The notes beneath the pieces were generated by a model. The model was not told the DNA's origin, did not search any database, and saw nothing but the letters and a program-made list of their open reading frames with translations. From positions 1-62,139 of the IMG/VR virus record IMGVR_UViG_3300023179_000110: a DNA stretch of 62,139 nucleotides; one strand, 5' to 3'. How positions within the stretch are numbered: the first letter of the stretch is position 1; each line of letters begins with the position of its first letter. This document shows, piece after piece, positions 1-9,364 of the stretch. Source of the DNA: a virus (taxonomy: Duplodnaviria > Caudoviricetes). Position numbers and translations under genes: made by a program.

Positions 1-950
1 CGGAACCTGAGTCCAGAGCAGGTGCTTGTAGCCACACACAGCCACCCCAATCGGCTTGACGCAAATGATGGTAGTGACCAGTCACAAGAATGTCAGAATT
101 GCCTATGTGCTGTTTACCGCCAGCCATCTTGTTGTACCAAGCATGCAATTTGGACTCAGCCGTACCACCTGAACGAGCGACATGCCCATGGGTCAAACCA
201 AGAATCCAACCAGCAATTTCCACCGTAATTGTTAAATGGTCTTTCGGCAGTACAAACTCAACATGTCCGTACGCCTCTTTATTTGACGCTAAAATTTCAG
301 CAACTTGTTCCACCACAGCCAAATCATCGTTATCACCAAAAGTTGTAAACGCTTTTCCAGCACCACCACGATTTTCGCCATGGTTGCCAGCAACTGCCAC
401 CACAACCACTTTGTCAAACAATTTTGACCAGCGAATTAAGGAATCACGCAACAATCTACGGGTCAATTTAACTTGGTCACGCCTGTCTAGTTCGGTGGTG
501 AATGTCTGCATCTCATAATGCCCCACACAGCCCTCTACGCTGTCACCAGTCCACAAAACAAACAAAGTACCTAGTGGGCGACCTATCTTACGCAATTCCT
601 TTACACGGGCTTCTACAGCGTCTATGCCTTGCAAAACCCTGTGAACTGTGCCGTTCGTGCCTTCTTTACCAATTTGCCAATCTGCAAGAACTACACAAAA
701 AGCCCCATCGCCAACGGGTAATTTTTTGGCAGGTTTGTGTTTTTTGATTTCATCAATTAATTCGCTAATGTCCACTCGTTCATGTTGAACTCGGCGGATA
801 ATTTTGGCTTTCCATTGCCTAAAAAGTTGTGGACCCTCAGCCGTGGCACCATGCCAAGCGTTGAATAAAACAGGCTCTACCACCTGATACTCGTCAGGAT
901 TTAACTCAAAAACGGATAATACGGCACCCCACTCAGGGGCATCAGTCCCA
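1..950. repeat. Terminal overlap copy 1 (circular permutation / assembly overlap)
   Basis: 1-950 aligns to 61190-62139 (offset 61189) with roughly 20 substitutions, e.g. at 128, 188, 272, 314, 401. Confidence 0.97.
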
Positions 951-1096
951 GCAATCGGGTCAGTCGTGACTGTTCCAGCACTACCATCCCAAGTTATTCC
1001 AGAACGCCACTCAGCATCTTTTTTACGGGTCGGCTCCATTGTTTTGCCATTTTCAACTGGCTCCAACAACTGCTGAATGTCGTCATCAAGATTCAC
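1..1096 (-). CDS. Calcineurin-like metallophosphoesterase, 5' part; the full gene (about 397 aa) runs 1096 to 1 and across the circular join to 61092
   Basis: GTG at 1096 overlaps the upstream stop (GTGA) and is in frame with the 61092-61964 ORF after the 61189 offset. N-terminus NLDDDIQQLLEPVENG. Not in the supplied track because it runs off the edge. Confidence 0.85.
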   Translation of the reverse strand, partial: MNLDDDIQQLLEPVENGKTMEPTRKKDAEWRSGITWDGSAGTVTTDPIAGTDAPEWGAVLSVFELNPDEYQVVEPVLFNAWHGATAEGPQLFRQWKAKIIRRVQHERVDISELIDEIKKHKPAKKLPVGDGAFCVVLADWQIGKEGTNGTVHRVLQGIDAVEARVKELRKIGRPLGTLFVLWTGDSVEGCVGHYEMQTFTTELDRRDQVKLTRRLLRDSLIRWSKLFDKVVVVAVAGNHGENRGGAGKAFTTFGDNDDLAVVEQVAEILASNKEAYGHVEFVLPKDHLTITVEIAGWILGLTHGHVARSGGTAESKLHAWYNKMAGGKQHIGNSDILVTGHYHHLRQADWGGCVWLQAPALDSGS

Positions 1097-1461
1097 TTAG
1101 GGCACCTGCACCCTGAACCGCTTTTAAACCGTTTACGATGACGCAAAATGCTTTGATACGAAATGGTAAATCCGTGACGAGCCATCATTTCAGAAATTTT
1201 AGTGGCTTGAACTGACGAATTATCAAAAATTGCTGACAATTTTTCTTGTTGGTCAGCAGGGATTCGCTCCAAAACCCAAGCAACTTTACATTGTGAAGGT
1301 GGACGAAAATCCAAATTCATTAAATTTTCAATGTCGTCACTGAGCGTTATTGGCTTTGCATCTTGAACATCTGATGCTCCAAGGTCGGGTGACTTTGAGG
1401 GCAAGAATTCTGTTGCATCGCCAACACCTTGGGAGTTCGTCTGTTTTGATACCCCTGCCAT
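1093..1461 (-). CDS. Small HTH-like/Zn-binding phage protein (true start possibly 1320)
   Basis: CKVAWVL...ISEMMARHGFTISYQSILRHRK...CRC pattern, typical of small actinophage genes upstream of the phosphoesterase. Confidence 0.6.
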   Translation of the reverse strand: MAGVSKQTNSQGVGDATEFLPSKSPDLGASDVQDAKPITLSDDIENLMNLDFRPPSQCKVAWVLERIPADQQEKLSAIFDNSSVQATKISEMMARHGFTISYQSILRHRKRFKSGSGCRCPK

Positions 1462-1501
1462 AAGCGTCTGGTTTCCCTTCGGTCACTGTGGTGGCTCCCA
1501 T
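1337..1501 (-). CDS. Com-like zinc-ribbon protein
   Basis: RCWRCNRIL...IRCSRCKANN (CxxC...CxxC) resembles the Mu Com family; ATG at 1501. Confidence 0.6.
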   Translation of the reverse strand: MGATTVTEGKPDAYGRGIKTDELPRCWRCNRILALKVTRPWSIRCSRCKANNAQ

Positions 1502-1731
1502 TGCAAGTCGCAATCTAAGCACAAGGACACTTTTCTTCCACCCATCATTTCAAAATTTTGTATTGAATTATGGGAACAAGCACCTTCTGGCGTGTCGCTA
1601 TTTGCAACTTCAGTGGTGTTTTCAACCACAGAACTTACAAGAGCAAGTCTAATGGCTTGCAGTTGCATAATCGCTGAGTCAATAGCCTTGATAGAAGCCA
1701 ACTCTTTTGGGGTCATGACTGAATAATACAC
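1483..1731 (-). CDS. Hypothetical protein with C-terminal CxH...CxxC
   Basis: In operon order; overlaps both neighbours. Confidence 0.6.
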   Translation of the reverse strand: MYYSVMTPKELASIKAIDSAIMQLQAIRLALVSSVVENTTEVANSDTPEGACSHNSIQNFEMMGGRKVSLCLDCDLQWEPPQ

Positions 1732-2108
1732 CTGAAGTTGGCACTAACATGGGGACGGTCATTTGTGTCATCACCCATAGGTAAAATTGAGCCAACAGGA
1801 GCAATTCTAAGCACTGTAATTCCTGACAAGGTGGTATTGGCTACTTGAGCCAACAAAAGCCGAATGGACTGTGCTGTGTCCCTTGCAGTGGGATAATCTT
1901 CGATGCCAGCCCGAACGATGATTTGAATAGCAGGATTGTCCAGCAAAACAGTTCCCATAGTGAAATCGGGAACCCCACCTTCGTTTTCATAAATACCAAT
2001 GCAGACATCAGGTTTATTTGGCATTTTGCCAAGAAAAATGTTAGTACCTAGCGTTCCGTAGCCCTGAGCCACAAGATAATCGCCAATAGCCTCAAGAATT
2101 GTACTCAT
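1713..2108 (-). CDS. Tail terminator / minor capsid-type neck protein
   Basis: IFLGKMP...P.IQIIVRA...DTNDRP..SANF pattern; position after HK97 gp10-like gene. Confidence 0.8.
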   Translation of the reverse strand: MSTILEAIGDYLVAQGYGTLGTNIFLGKMPNKPDVCIGIYENEGGVPDFTMGTVLLDNPAIQIIVRAGIEDYPTARDTAQSIRLLLAQVANTTLSGITVLRIAPVGSILPMGDDTNDRPHVSANFRCIIQS

Positions 2109-2509
2109 TTGCCAGCCCACAATCTACGCAACATGTCATTCATACGAATAGCAATGTTTTTCTGCAAGAACCTAGAACGCTCGTTTACAGGACGCTCCAA
2201 GTATTTACGCTGAGTTGGCTCAGTGTGTTTTGCAAAAGATTCGTGAACCCACATTGCATAACTGGCCGCAGGTCCACCATAACCAATGTCCTGATAACTG
2301 ACATCCCCAGAACGCTTGACTGGTGTTACATAACCAGAACCTTTTAAAACGCCCGTGGCAACTGGTACAAGCATTTGTGAACGAGCAAAAATTACTGCCG
2401 ATTCTTCAGCCAAAGCCATTTCAAAAATGTCCGTCAAGTAGGGTGGCGAGTTTTTTAGGGCAAATTTCAACTCATCTAACCCTTCCCATTCAATTCCAGT
2501 TTTAGCCAT
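2105..2509 (-). CDS. HK97 gp10-like neck protein
   Basis: VPVATGVLKGSG, YAMWVHE and KYLERP motifs. Confidence 0.8.
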   Translation of the reverse strand: MAKTGIEWEGLDELKFALKNSPPYLTDIFEMALAEESAVIFARSQMLVPVATGVLKGSGYVTPVKRSGDVSYQDIGYGGPAASYAMWVHESFAKHTEPTQRKYLERPVNERSRFLQKNIAIRMNDMLRRLWAGK

Positions 2510-2511
2510 GA

Positions 2512-2841
2512 TTATCTACCAAACCTAATAACTGCATGGTGATACACGGCAGTTTCATCAGAAATAACGGACACAGAAACAATTGGCGGAGTTGAACCAT
2601 CAGGCAACAGCAACTTAGAATCTACGGTTACGGTAGATACATCGTCAGCCGTTATGATGCGACCAGACGACAACACATCACGCCCATCTTTATCTTTGTT
2701 TAACTGCGTATCGTAAATAAGACGACATTTAAATTTTTTACCCGAACCCCTAGAACGCTTACCATAAGCATCAGTAGTTGTGTACGGATAGATGGTAACG
2801 GAATCAACCATTAACTCAACAAGTTCAGCATCAATAGCCAT
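2512..2841 (-). CDS. Head-to-tail stopper
   Basis: DAYG, LLLPDG, beta-rich 109 aa; synteny. Confidence 0.7.
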   Translation of the reverse strand: MAIDAELVELMVDSVTIYPYTTTDAYGKRSRGSGKKFKCRLIYDTQLNKDKDGRDVLSSGRIITADDVSTVTVDSKLLLPDGSTPPIVSVSVISDETAVYHHAVIRFGR

Positions 2842-3263
2842 TAGAACGACCTGTTATCAGTCATGCCTTCAAAGAAATCAGTCCTACGAGGGGAACTAAA
2901 ATCACGGTCAGAAGTAGCAAGCAAATTATTGCGAGCAACCACAGGAGTAGCAGGGAACAATCTAGCCCTTTGTTCAGCCAACTCATCGGACAATTTGGTG
3001 TATTCGTCAGCCTTAGCAGTGTAAGACTTAGAAATTGTTAAATCGCCAACAGTACGAGTAATGTGGTCAGCCTGACGGGTAAACTTGGCCGCAATTCGTT
3101 CAGCACAAGCCCTACCAGCCTCATACACATTGCCCCAAGTAGCCAACATGTAGGTGTACTCTTCATCCGACATCAACACATCAGTGCTGTCTGTATCCCA
3201 TAGCAAAAACCGAATCAAATCCAAATCAGAATTTGCTGGGTCGCCAGTGTAAGTAAAAGACAT
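2841..3263 (-). CDS. Head-to-tail adaptor
   Basis: FTYTGDP...IRFLLWDT....MSDEE...VGDLTIS pattern; synteny after capsid. Confidence 0.75.
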   Translation of the reverse strand: MSFTYTGDPANSDLDLIRFLLWDTDSTDVLMSDEEYTYMLATWGNVYEAGRACAERIAAKFTRQADHITRTVGDLTISKSYTAKADEYTKLSDELAEQRARLFPATPVVARNNLLATSDRDFSSPRRTDFFEGMTDNRSF

Positions 3264-3279
3264 AATGACTCCTTAAAGT

Positions 3280-3305
3280 AAAAGAGCGACCCTTTCAGGT
3301 CGCTA
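3280..3305 (-). terminator. Intrinsic terminator after the capsid genes
   Basis: Inverted repeat agcgacc/ggtcgct followed by a T-rich tract on the minus strand. Confidence 0.6.
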
Positions 3306-3308
3306 CTT

Positions 3309-3557
3309 CTACTCTACTTCTGTAGTAGGTTTGGCAACCTTTTTGGTTGCTGTAGTTTTTTTAGGCTCTTCAGCCTTGGCTTTTTGAGGTTCGTTCTGCT
3401 CCTGCTTGACGAGGAAGGAACTCAAGTACCGAGTAGCCACTAATTTGTGAGCATGTTTCCATGTTGACACCTCAACGATGTCGCCAATCTGGTAACGAGT
3501 TCCGTTCCCGTCAAACGGACGCAGTACCTCTCGGTACTGCTTAGTCATGTTATGCAA
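3309..3557 (-). CDS. Small capsid-associated hypothetical protein with Lys/Ala-rich tail
   Basis: Directly after the major capsid gene; YREVLRPF...YQIGDIV. Confidence 0.65.
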   Translation of the reverse strand: MHNMTKQYREVLRPFDGNGTRYQIGDIVEVSTWKHAHKLVATRYLSSFLVKQEQNEPQKAKAEEPKKTTATKKVAKPTTEVE

Positions 3558-4527
3558 CCACCGAAGCGAAGTAAACGCCTAGGTCAGCACCGATAACCTT
3601 GTTATCGAAAGCCATTTCAGCCTCAACACGGGTAGCCTTGATGCTTTCCATGCGGAACTGTGAAGTACCGATGGTCTGACCAAGACCGCCTGAAACACCA
3701 TTCCAAGCGAAGGTGTAACCAGCCGAAGGAGTTAGGAGGCCTGGGTTGGTAGCAACATGGCAAAGTAGAGCAGACTTACCAACATTGAACGCATAGGCAC
3801 CAGTGGCACCTTCGTTGTTGGTTGCCTTTACTGACTTAGCAACAAGCACACGGTCAACGCCAAACATACGAGCAATCATGTCTTCGGTGATGACATTTGA
3901 AGAGGTGTACTTGATACGGTCAACCAAATCAGGGTGATTCTTCAACTTACGGAATACCTGATAGCCAAGAACAAGAGTGTTTGCCTCAAAACCAGTGGTT
4001 GAAAGAATGGTTTCTTTTGCAAGTTCCATGTCTTCCAATGGGTCAGAGTTAGTGAAATCACTCCACTGAATGAACTGATTGGTAGTAGCATTTGAAGCAA
4101 CACCAGTTAGGTCGGTACCCCAAACACCAGTCTTGATGTAATCGGTAACAAACTGAATTTCCTTGCGAAGAAGCATACGATTTGTTACGAACTCAGCGGC
4201 CTCACGAAGAGGTGACAAAGGTGCGTCAGAGTTAGCGATGGTCTGGTCGCCGACATCCTTGTGGAATGCGAATACATCTGCACTGTAGGTATCAGTGTTC
4301 AGGCTGTAGCCAGAACCTGCTGATTCAGTAGCATCTGCACGGCGTTGTGCCTCATCACGGAACCAGTCGTTCTTGGTGTAAGTGAAGAACTTATTGCTCT
4401 TCTTATCTACAGGAACAACAGGGAAAACCTTGTCGGCAATGTAATTCTCAGCCTTCTGCATGTAAGCAACTGAGATGTTGGTGAGAATAGCGTCAATGTG
4501 AACGCTATTAATGGATGGCTGTGGCAT
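3550..4527 (-). CDS. Major capsid protein (HK97 fold, lambda gpE-like)
   Basis: LTNISVAY...IADKVFPVVPV...SDPLED...NTLVLG...LKNHP; 325 aa; synteny. Confidence 0.92.
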   Translation of the reverse strand: MPQPSINSVHIDAILTNISVAYMQKAENYIADKVFPVVPVDKKSNKFFTYTKNDWFRDEAQRRADATESAGSGYSLNTDTYSADVFAFHKDVGDQTIANSDAPLSPLREAAEFVTNRMLLRKEIQFVTDYIKTGVWGTDLTGVASNATTNQFIQWSDFTNSDPLEDMELAKETILSTTGFEANTLVLGYQVFRKLKNHPDLVDRIKYTSSNVITEDMIARMFGVDRVLVAKSVKATNNEGATGAYAFNVGKSALLCHVATNPGLLTPSAGYTFAWNGVSGGLGQTIGTSQFRMESIKATRVEAEMAFDNKVIGADLGVYFASVVA

Positions 4528-4540
4528 GTGTTAACTCCTC

Positions 4541-4933
4541 TTAGTTAGCCCGTGTAGCGTTGGCACAGTTGATAACGGCTGTAACAACATTTCCGTCTGC
4601 TCCAGAAGCAGTAATCAATGAACCGACAACATACTTGGTGGTATCTGTTGTGGTCAAAGCAACTGCTTTACCTGTAGCACCAGTACCGATTGCACTTGGA
4701 AGCGTGATTGAAGCACCAGCGACAACCTTGGTTCCACCTACAATTAGAACTTCTGCTTCTTGACCTGAAATTGGTGCGTTCTGAAGAACTCCAACAGGAA
4801 CATCGGTAGCGGCCGCAACGGCAATAGCCTGACCACTTGAATTCAACTTAACAAAGTTGTACTGCTTTGCGGAAAGGTCTTCACCTGCAACAAGTGTCAC
4901 CTTTACGCTGTAATTACTGAACTCGTATGCCAT
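4541..4933 (-). CDS. Capsid decoration/cement protein (DUF2190-like)
   Basis: AGEDL..YNFVKL...PVGVLQN...GQEAEV...GTKVVAG; immediately before the capsid gene. Confidence 0.8.
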   Translation of the reverse strand: MAYEFSNYSVKVTLVAGEDLSAKQYNFVKLNSSGQAIAVAAATDVPVGVLQNAPISGQEAEVLIVGGTKVVAGASITLPSAIGTGATGKAVALTTTDTTKYVVGSLITASGADGNVVTAVINCANATRAN

Positions 4934-4938
4934 GGTAA

Positions 4939-5706
4939 TTAGGCACCTTTCTCGTTTAGGTACTGTGCGTACAGTGATGGTTCGGCAGATGCTACTTCAG
5001 CAAAAGCCTGTTCAAATGTGTTTGCTTCACCAGCAGAAACCATGGACTTAGCCATTGCTTCCATCTGAGAAAAAGCATTTCCCGTATTGGCTGAAGTGCG
5101 ACCAATTTCGGCAAAAATGTTTGCTGATTCAGCCTGAGAATTAACACTCTCAAGAACTGCTTCAACTGATTTTGCAAGAACAGCATCGGTTTCTGCCAAC
5201 TTACGAAGGGCAGGTCCAACATGTTCTGCGTCTAGTGAAAGGTGTGTCCATGAGCGAGCCTTAGCAACAGCCTCTGCATCTGCACGGGCATCACGCTCTG
5301 ACTTCAAAACGGCTTCAACTTCTTCAGCCTTAGCAACTGCTTCTTCCGCTTGCTTACGCAAAACTTCAAAAGCCTTCTGCACAGGCTCTGGGGCTGACTT
5401 AATTACTTCATCGGCTTCATCAGCAGGAGCCTTAACTTCTGCGTCAACCTCTGTTGCTTCCTCAAGTTCAGCAATTCTTTCTTCTGCCTTTTGAAGCAAA
5501 TCCATTGCTTCTTCAAGACGGTTTTCAATGGTTTCCGACATTGATTCCTCCTGTTTGATAACGGATGATTCAAGAATTTCACGAACAGCATCTGAATCGG
5601 CTGATTTCATAACTAGCCAACCATCATGCAAATGTGCAGGACGGTCAACTCCACTGGTTTCCTCAATGTCGAGATTAACCATCTTGCGAGTTGTGGTGCG
5701 AGCCAT
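4939..5706 (-). CDS. Scaffolding protein with XkdF-associated N-terminal motif
   Basis: LDIEETSGVDRPAH...VMKS N-terminus, acidic coiled coil, C-terminal PSLYAQY; many hydrophobic-x-K-(A/S) sites. Confidence 0.75.
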   Translation of the reverse strand: MARTTTRKMVNLDIEETSGVDRPAHLHDGWLVMKSADSDAVREILESSVIKQEESMSETIENRLEEAMDLLQKAEERIAELEEATEVDAEVKAPADEADEVIKSAPEPVQKAFEVLRKQAEEAVAKAEEVEAVLKSERDARADAEAVAKARSWTHLSLDAEHVGPALRKLAETDAVLAKSVEAVLESVNSQAESANIFAEIGRTSANTGNAFSQMEAMAKSMVSAGEANTFEQAFAEVASAEPSLYAQYLNEKGA

Positions 5707-5809
5707 AACATCCTCTGTTCCGAACATGCAGGTTTAACTGCAAATCTTGACTTGCTCAAAATTAACACAAATCAATTACACTGAGGGTTCGACTTTCGGC
5801 GTGTCTTAT

Positions 5810-6004
5810 TTATCTACCTTGGTAAAAACCAGTGGTTGCACCAGTTGGATTAACTTTAGTAGCACCAGTAATTGTTCTTTTTGTGGCACCATTACCAATG
5901 CGTAAATTTAAAGTTGTTTGATTTGTAACCGCAGTAACAATCGCATGATACACACGACCAGATTCACGATAACGAACTGAAGTGCCAGCCTGAAAAACTT
6001 GCAT
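5810..6004 (-). CDS. Small hypothetical protein
   Basis: TAATG-coupled to dps; 64 aa. Confidence 0.6.
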   Translation of the reverse strand: MQVFQAGTSVRYRESGRVYHAIVTAVTNQTTLNLRIGNGATKRTITGATKVNPTGATTGFYQGR

Positions 6005-6501
6005 TACATCCCCAAACTAGAACGAAGTTGCCAATCCCATTTTTTATGCATGTCAATGCGTTCAGCAAGAAAATTTGCAATTCCTTGCTCATTAGATGAG
6101 TTTGCAGAAGCGAAAGCCATGTTTAATGTGTTAATAAGTTGAAGGTTTGCCTTCTGCAAATCTGATGCCATGGAACGGGGGTCATCAGCAGAACCAATGG
6201 TGGTTTCTGGCAGGGTTCGGTAAGCAATAAAATCTGACAACTTAAATGGTGCATCAACGCCAAGTTTCAACATGTTTTCAGCCATAGGGTCAATTGAACT
6301 GTAAACATCTTCATAAATAGATTCAAAAAGTTCGTGGTATTGAGCAAAATCCGAACCTTTAACATTCCAATGAAAGCCATGAGCACGAGTGTAAAAAGTG
6401 ACAACATCAGCCAAGGCTGTACGCAATAACGAGGCAACATCGCCAACGGCTTTATTCATCGCTCCAAAAGGAACATAATCACTATCGTTAGTCAGAAACA
6501 T
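6004..6501 (-). CDS. dps: Dps family ferritin-like DNA-protecting protein
   Basis: HGFHWNVKGSDFAQYHELFESIYE...IDPMAE and ERIDMHKKWDWQL are Dps signatures. Confidence 0.9.
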   Translation of the reverse strand: MFLTNDSDYVPFGAMNKAVGDVASLLRTALADVVTFYTRAHGFHWNVKGSDFAQYHELFESIYEDVYSSIDPMAENMLKLGVDAPFKLSDFIAYRTLPETTIGSADDPRSMASDLQKANLQLINTLNMAFASANSSNEQGIANFLAERIDMHKKWDWQLRSSLGM

Positions 6502-7267
6502 CTTCGTCAGACACCTTTACATCTTTTTTGGGCTTCTTCTTTTGCCCACCCATAACAGTATCCACATGAACAGTGTTCACTGTAGGACCCGACACGGTAG
6601 ATGAACTGTCTTCTTTAGCAACTGGCAAATCAACTTCAAGACGCTGGGCACGACCACCAATCGAATAACCCATCAACTTTCCAGCCTTGACCATTTCCCA
6701 AGCCCAAGGTTCCCAAACAACGCCAAGGAAAACTGTGTCTTTAGGAAAAGTTACATCTTCCATGGTTCCGTCAGATTTCTGCATGGGAACTGATACTTCG
6801 TAAGGCCACGCCATTACTTCAACCCATTCACCAGCAACGATGTCTTTATTGTGCTGTAAACGAATACGGCGGTCATCTTTACGCACATAATCCCAAACTG
6901 ATTTCTGCAACTCAGCAGAATCTGTCCATTCACCATGAGCATCAACACGGTCAGGAACATACATTGGACCTAGGGTGTATCGGTTTTCGTTGACAGCCTT
7001 GGAAACCAAAGACATTTTTTTAACTGGTGTTTCGATAAATTGGTCAAAAAATCCTTCGCTGTAGGAATCCTCAATGTCATAGTCGGCATCGCCCCATTCA
7101 GCAGGAATAGCCATAGCAATGTCGTAATTTTTTAAAGATTGATAAGTTTCTACAAGGTCATTGTAAATTTTTTTTGTTTCTTCGTTAGAAACATACTTAC
7201 TATTAGACGCTTCAATTCCTGCACAAACTTCCTGCGTCATTAAATCAATAATGCGAGCATCAATCAT
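6488..7267 (-). CDS. XkdF-like putative prohead serine protease with ~85-aa N-terminal extension
   Basis: RYTLGPMYVPDRVDAHGEW...RLQHN...WEMVKAGKLMGYSIGG is the XkdF pattern. Confidence 0.85.
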   Translation of the reverse strand: MIDARIIDLMTQEVCAGIEASNSKYVSNEETKKIYNDLVETYQSLKNYDIAMAIPAEWGDADYDIEDSYSEGFFDQFIETPVKKMSLVSKAVNENRYTLGPMYVPDRVDAHGEWTDSAELQKSVWDYVRKDDRRIRLQHNKDIVAGEWVEVMAWPYEVSVPMQKSDGTMEDVTFPKDTVFLGVVWEPWAWEMVKAGKLMGYSIGGRAQRLEVDLPVAKEDSSSTVSGPTVNTVHVDTVMGGQKKKPKKDVKVSDEDVSD

Positions 7268-9327
7268 TATTTAACTCCCCCTTTCTTAGTTGATGCAATC
7301 AAAACTGGCGGTGCCCCTTCGGGGCGAGTGTCATGATTTGTGTCGAATAACACAAAATTATCAAACTCTTTTGACATCTTTGGCATTATTGAAGACACAG
7401 ATTTGTGATTAGCCAAAAAATTATTTGCTGGAACTAATCCACGATTAGGGTCTTCAATCGCCCTTTGCATGTTTTGTTTCCAAGCCAAATCAATACTTGC
7501 ACTTACATAACAACCGTTAACTTTGTATCCAGCGTTTCTCGCTTTAGCAATTTTTTTGCCCAAACTGGCTTCACTTGAATTTCCAGTTCCATCTAAGAAA
7601 ATGTCCATGCCAGCCTTGGTAGCGGCCGCATCAATTGCTTTACCCAAATCAGATGATTCTTCGTGCGTCCAACCTGCAACATCCAATTTTCTGCCATTGT
7701 CAACAAATACTTGAAAATCTGGCAATTTTGCTTTTAACTCATCCGCATCAATAATAACAGCCTTGCCTTTTTCTGGCAAAATTACACCATGTTCTTTGGC
7801 TAACTCAAGGGCTTGTTGATTCCTTCTAATCGTTCCTTTTCCAGAACCGCCACCGCCACCCATCATGGTAAAAGTTGGGTCACTAGAACGAGGAATTCCT
7901 TTTAAGGCTTCTTTAATAATTTCGGCGTGTAAAGCCTCACGCTCAGGAGTGTAAATGTAATTACCATTTCCATCGTCCATCAAATAATGCCAAAGACCAG
8001 TTGTGTCAGCCGAAATTTCCTCGCCTTTGTATGTAATAGTGCGAGGTTTCGCCAAAACTTCTGGACGATTGCTTCCGTAACCCCAATCGTAGGTTTCAGG
8101 GTCAAAAGATTCGTTTCTTTTAACCTCAACTACATTTTGAGTTTTTAAAAATTCAGCCCATCGGTTATTTAAATCAGAAACAGTTGTTCTATCAACTGAT
8201 TTATTAATAAAATTTTGCCAAGCAGTGCTGTCGTGAATTTCAAGACCGTCAGCAAAGTTTTCACTTGCACCGCCATGTGCCCAGTTTCCGTGCGTTTTTT
8301 GGTCGTGATGTCCATGTTTCAACAATGGAACCGTGCTTAACTGAGGTATTACTGGGTCAACTAAAAGACGGCGATACCTGCGTTTTGCACCATTTAAAGC
8401 ATCAAAAAATCCTGCGTCTGTAACAATTTGGTCAGCATAAACTGGGCTGGTTGACCAATGCTGATTTTTACGGAATTCGTCTAACAATCCATGCAATTCT
8501 TCATGTCGTTTCATGACAGCAGGAATGGCAAAAGGGTTTGAATTCGTGCGTTTTAACTCAAGTCCTTGACCGTAGCCCTCGTTGTAAGACAACCGAATAG
8601 ATTTTTTACTTAAAGTTTTGCCAATCATTTGAAAATCAGAAGCACTTACAGAAGAGCCATGTGCCCAATCGCCGTGAGTTGATTGGTCGTGTTTGCCTTG
8701 CATGTGCTTAGACATGCCATTTAACAAATCTTCAGGAATCACCCAGAACTTGCACAAAGCCATGTGGTCAATTTGACCTTCAACAATCTCACAACCGCCA
8801 CCGCCTTCATAAAAAATGCAGTTGGCACACATCAAACCTTCATCAACAAACGGGTTATCTTCCATGTAATGTGCCCCGTTAGCATCTGAACTCTGATTAA
8901 ATTTGCCAACCGCTTCGGTTAAAGATTCCAAAAACTCGTAAATAGCATTTTGCGTGGGGTTTAATCTATCTTCGGGTTCGCCCTCTTTTTTAACGGTATC
9001 AAACTTTAGGGTGTAGCCATCAACCGTCAAAATAGTGGTTTTTGAAACTAAATCGGGATAACCCAACTCAGCATTGACCGTATCAACTACATCAGCAGGA
9101 ATTCCGTTAAAAGCCTTATTTACGGGGACATTGTTTTCAACGCCTACCTCAATAACAGCCCGATTCCATTCGTCCCCACTATGCCCATGGTCTAAACCAC
9201 GAACCAACAATTCCGTTGTAACAAGGTGGTGGGCTTGAACTTTTACGGGGTCATAAACATCCGCATGCAATGATTTATGCAATTCCTCTAATTGAGCATT
9301 GCTTAATTTGTTTAAATCAAATGACAT
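7267..9327 (-). CDS. Tagged polyprotein: His-rich N-domain, HiPIP-like domain, tag + unknown domain, tag + Zeta-toxin-like P-loop kinase
   Basis: CANC...C...C HiPIP pattern; two HDQxTHGxW tags; GGGGGSGKGT, IIDADELK, HEESS, LDGT Zeta motifs. Confidence 0.85.
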   Translation of the reverse strand: MSFDLNKLSNAQLEELHKSLHADVYDPVKVQAHHLVTTELLVRGLDHGHSGDEWNRAVIEVGVENNVPVNKAFNGIPADVVDTVNAELGYPDLVSKTTILTVDGYTLKFDTVKKEGEPEDRLNPTQNAIYEFLESLTEAVGKFNQSSDANGAHYMEDNPFVDEGLMCANCIFYEGGGGCEIVEGQIDHMALCKFWVIPEDLLNGMSKHMQGKHDQSTHGDWAHGSSVSASDFQMIGKTLSKKSIRLSYNEGYGQGLELKRTNSNPFAIPAVMKRHEELHGLLDEFRKNQHWSTSPVYADQIVTDAGFFDALNGAKRRYRRLLVDPVIPQLSTVPLLKHGHHDQKTHGNWAHGGASENFADGLEIHDSTAWQNFINKSVDRTTVSDLNNRWAEFLKTQNVVEVKRNESFDPETYDWGYGSNRPEVLAKPRTITYKGEEISADTTGLWHYLMDDGNGNYIYTPEREALHAEIIKEALKGIPRSSDPTFTMMGGGGGSGKGTIRRNQQALELAKEHGVILPEKGKAVIIDADELKAKLPDFQVFVDNGRKLDVAGWTHEESSDLGKAIDAAATKAGMDIFLDGTGNSSEASLGKKIAKARNAGYKVNGCYVSASIDLAWKQNMQRAIEDPNRGLVPANNFLANHKSVSSIMPKMSKEFDNFVLFDTNHDTRPEGAPPVLIASTKKGGVK

Positions 9328-9364
9328 TTGAACTCCTCACCGAAAGAATAGCAAACAAGGTTGA

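Noticed and set aside
1-950. True direct terminal repeats of the virion DNA
   Set aside because: Copies differ at about 2% of sites and cut through a gene; better explained as assembly overlap.
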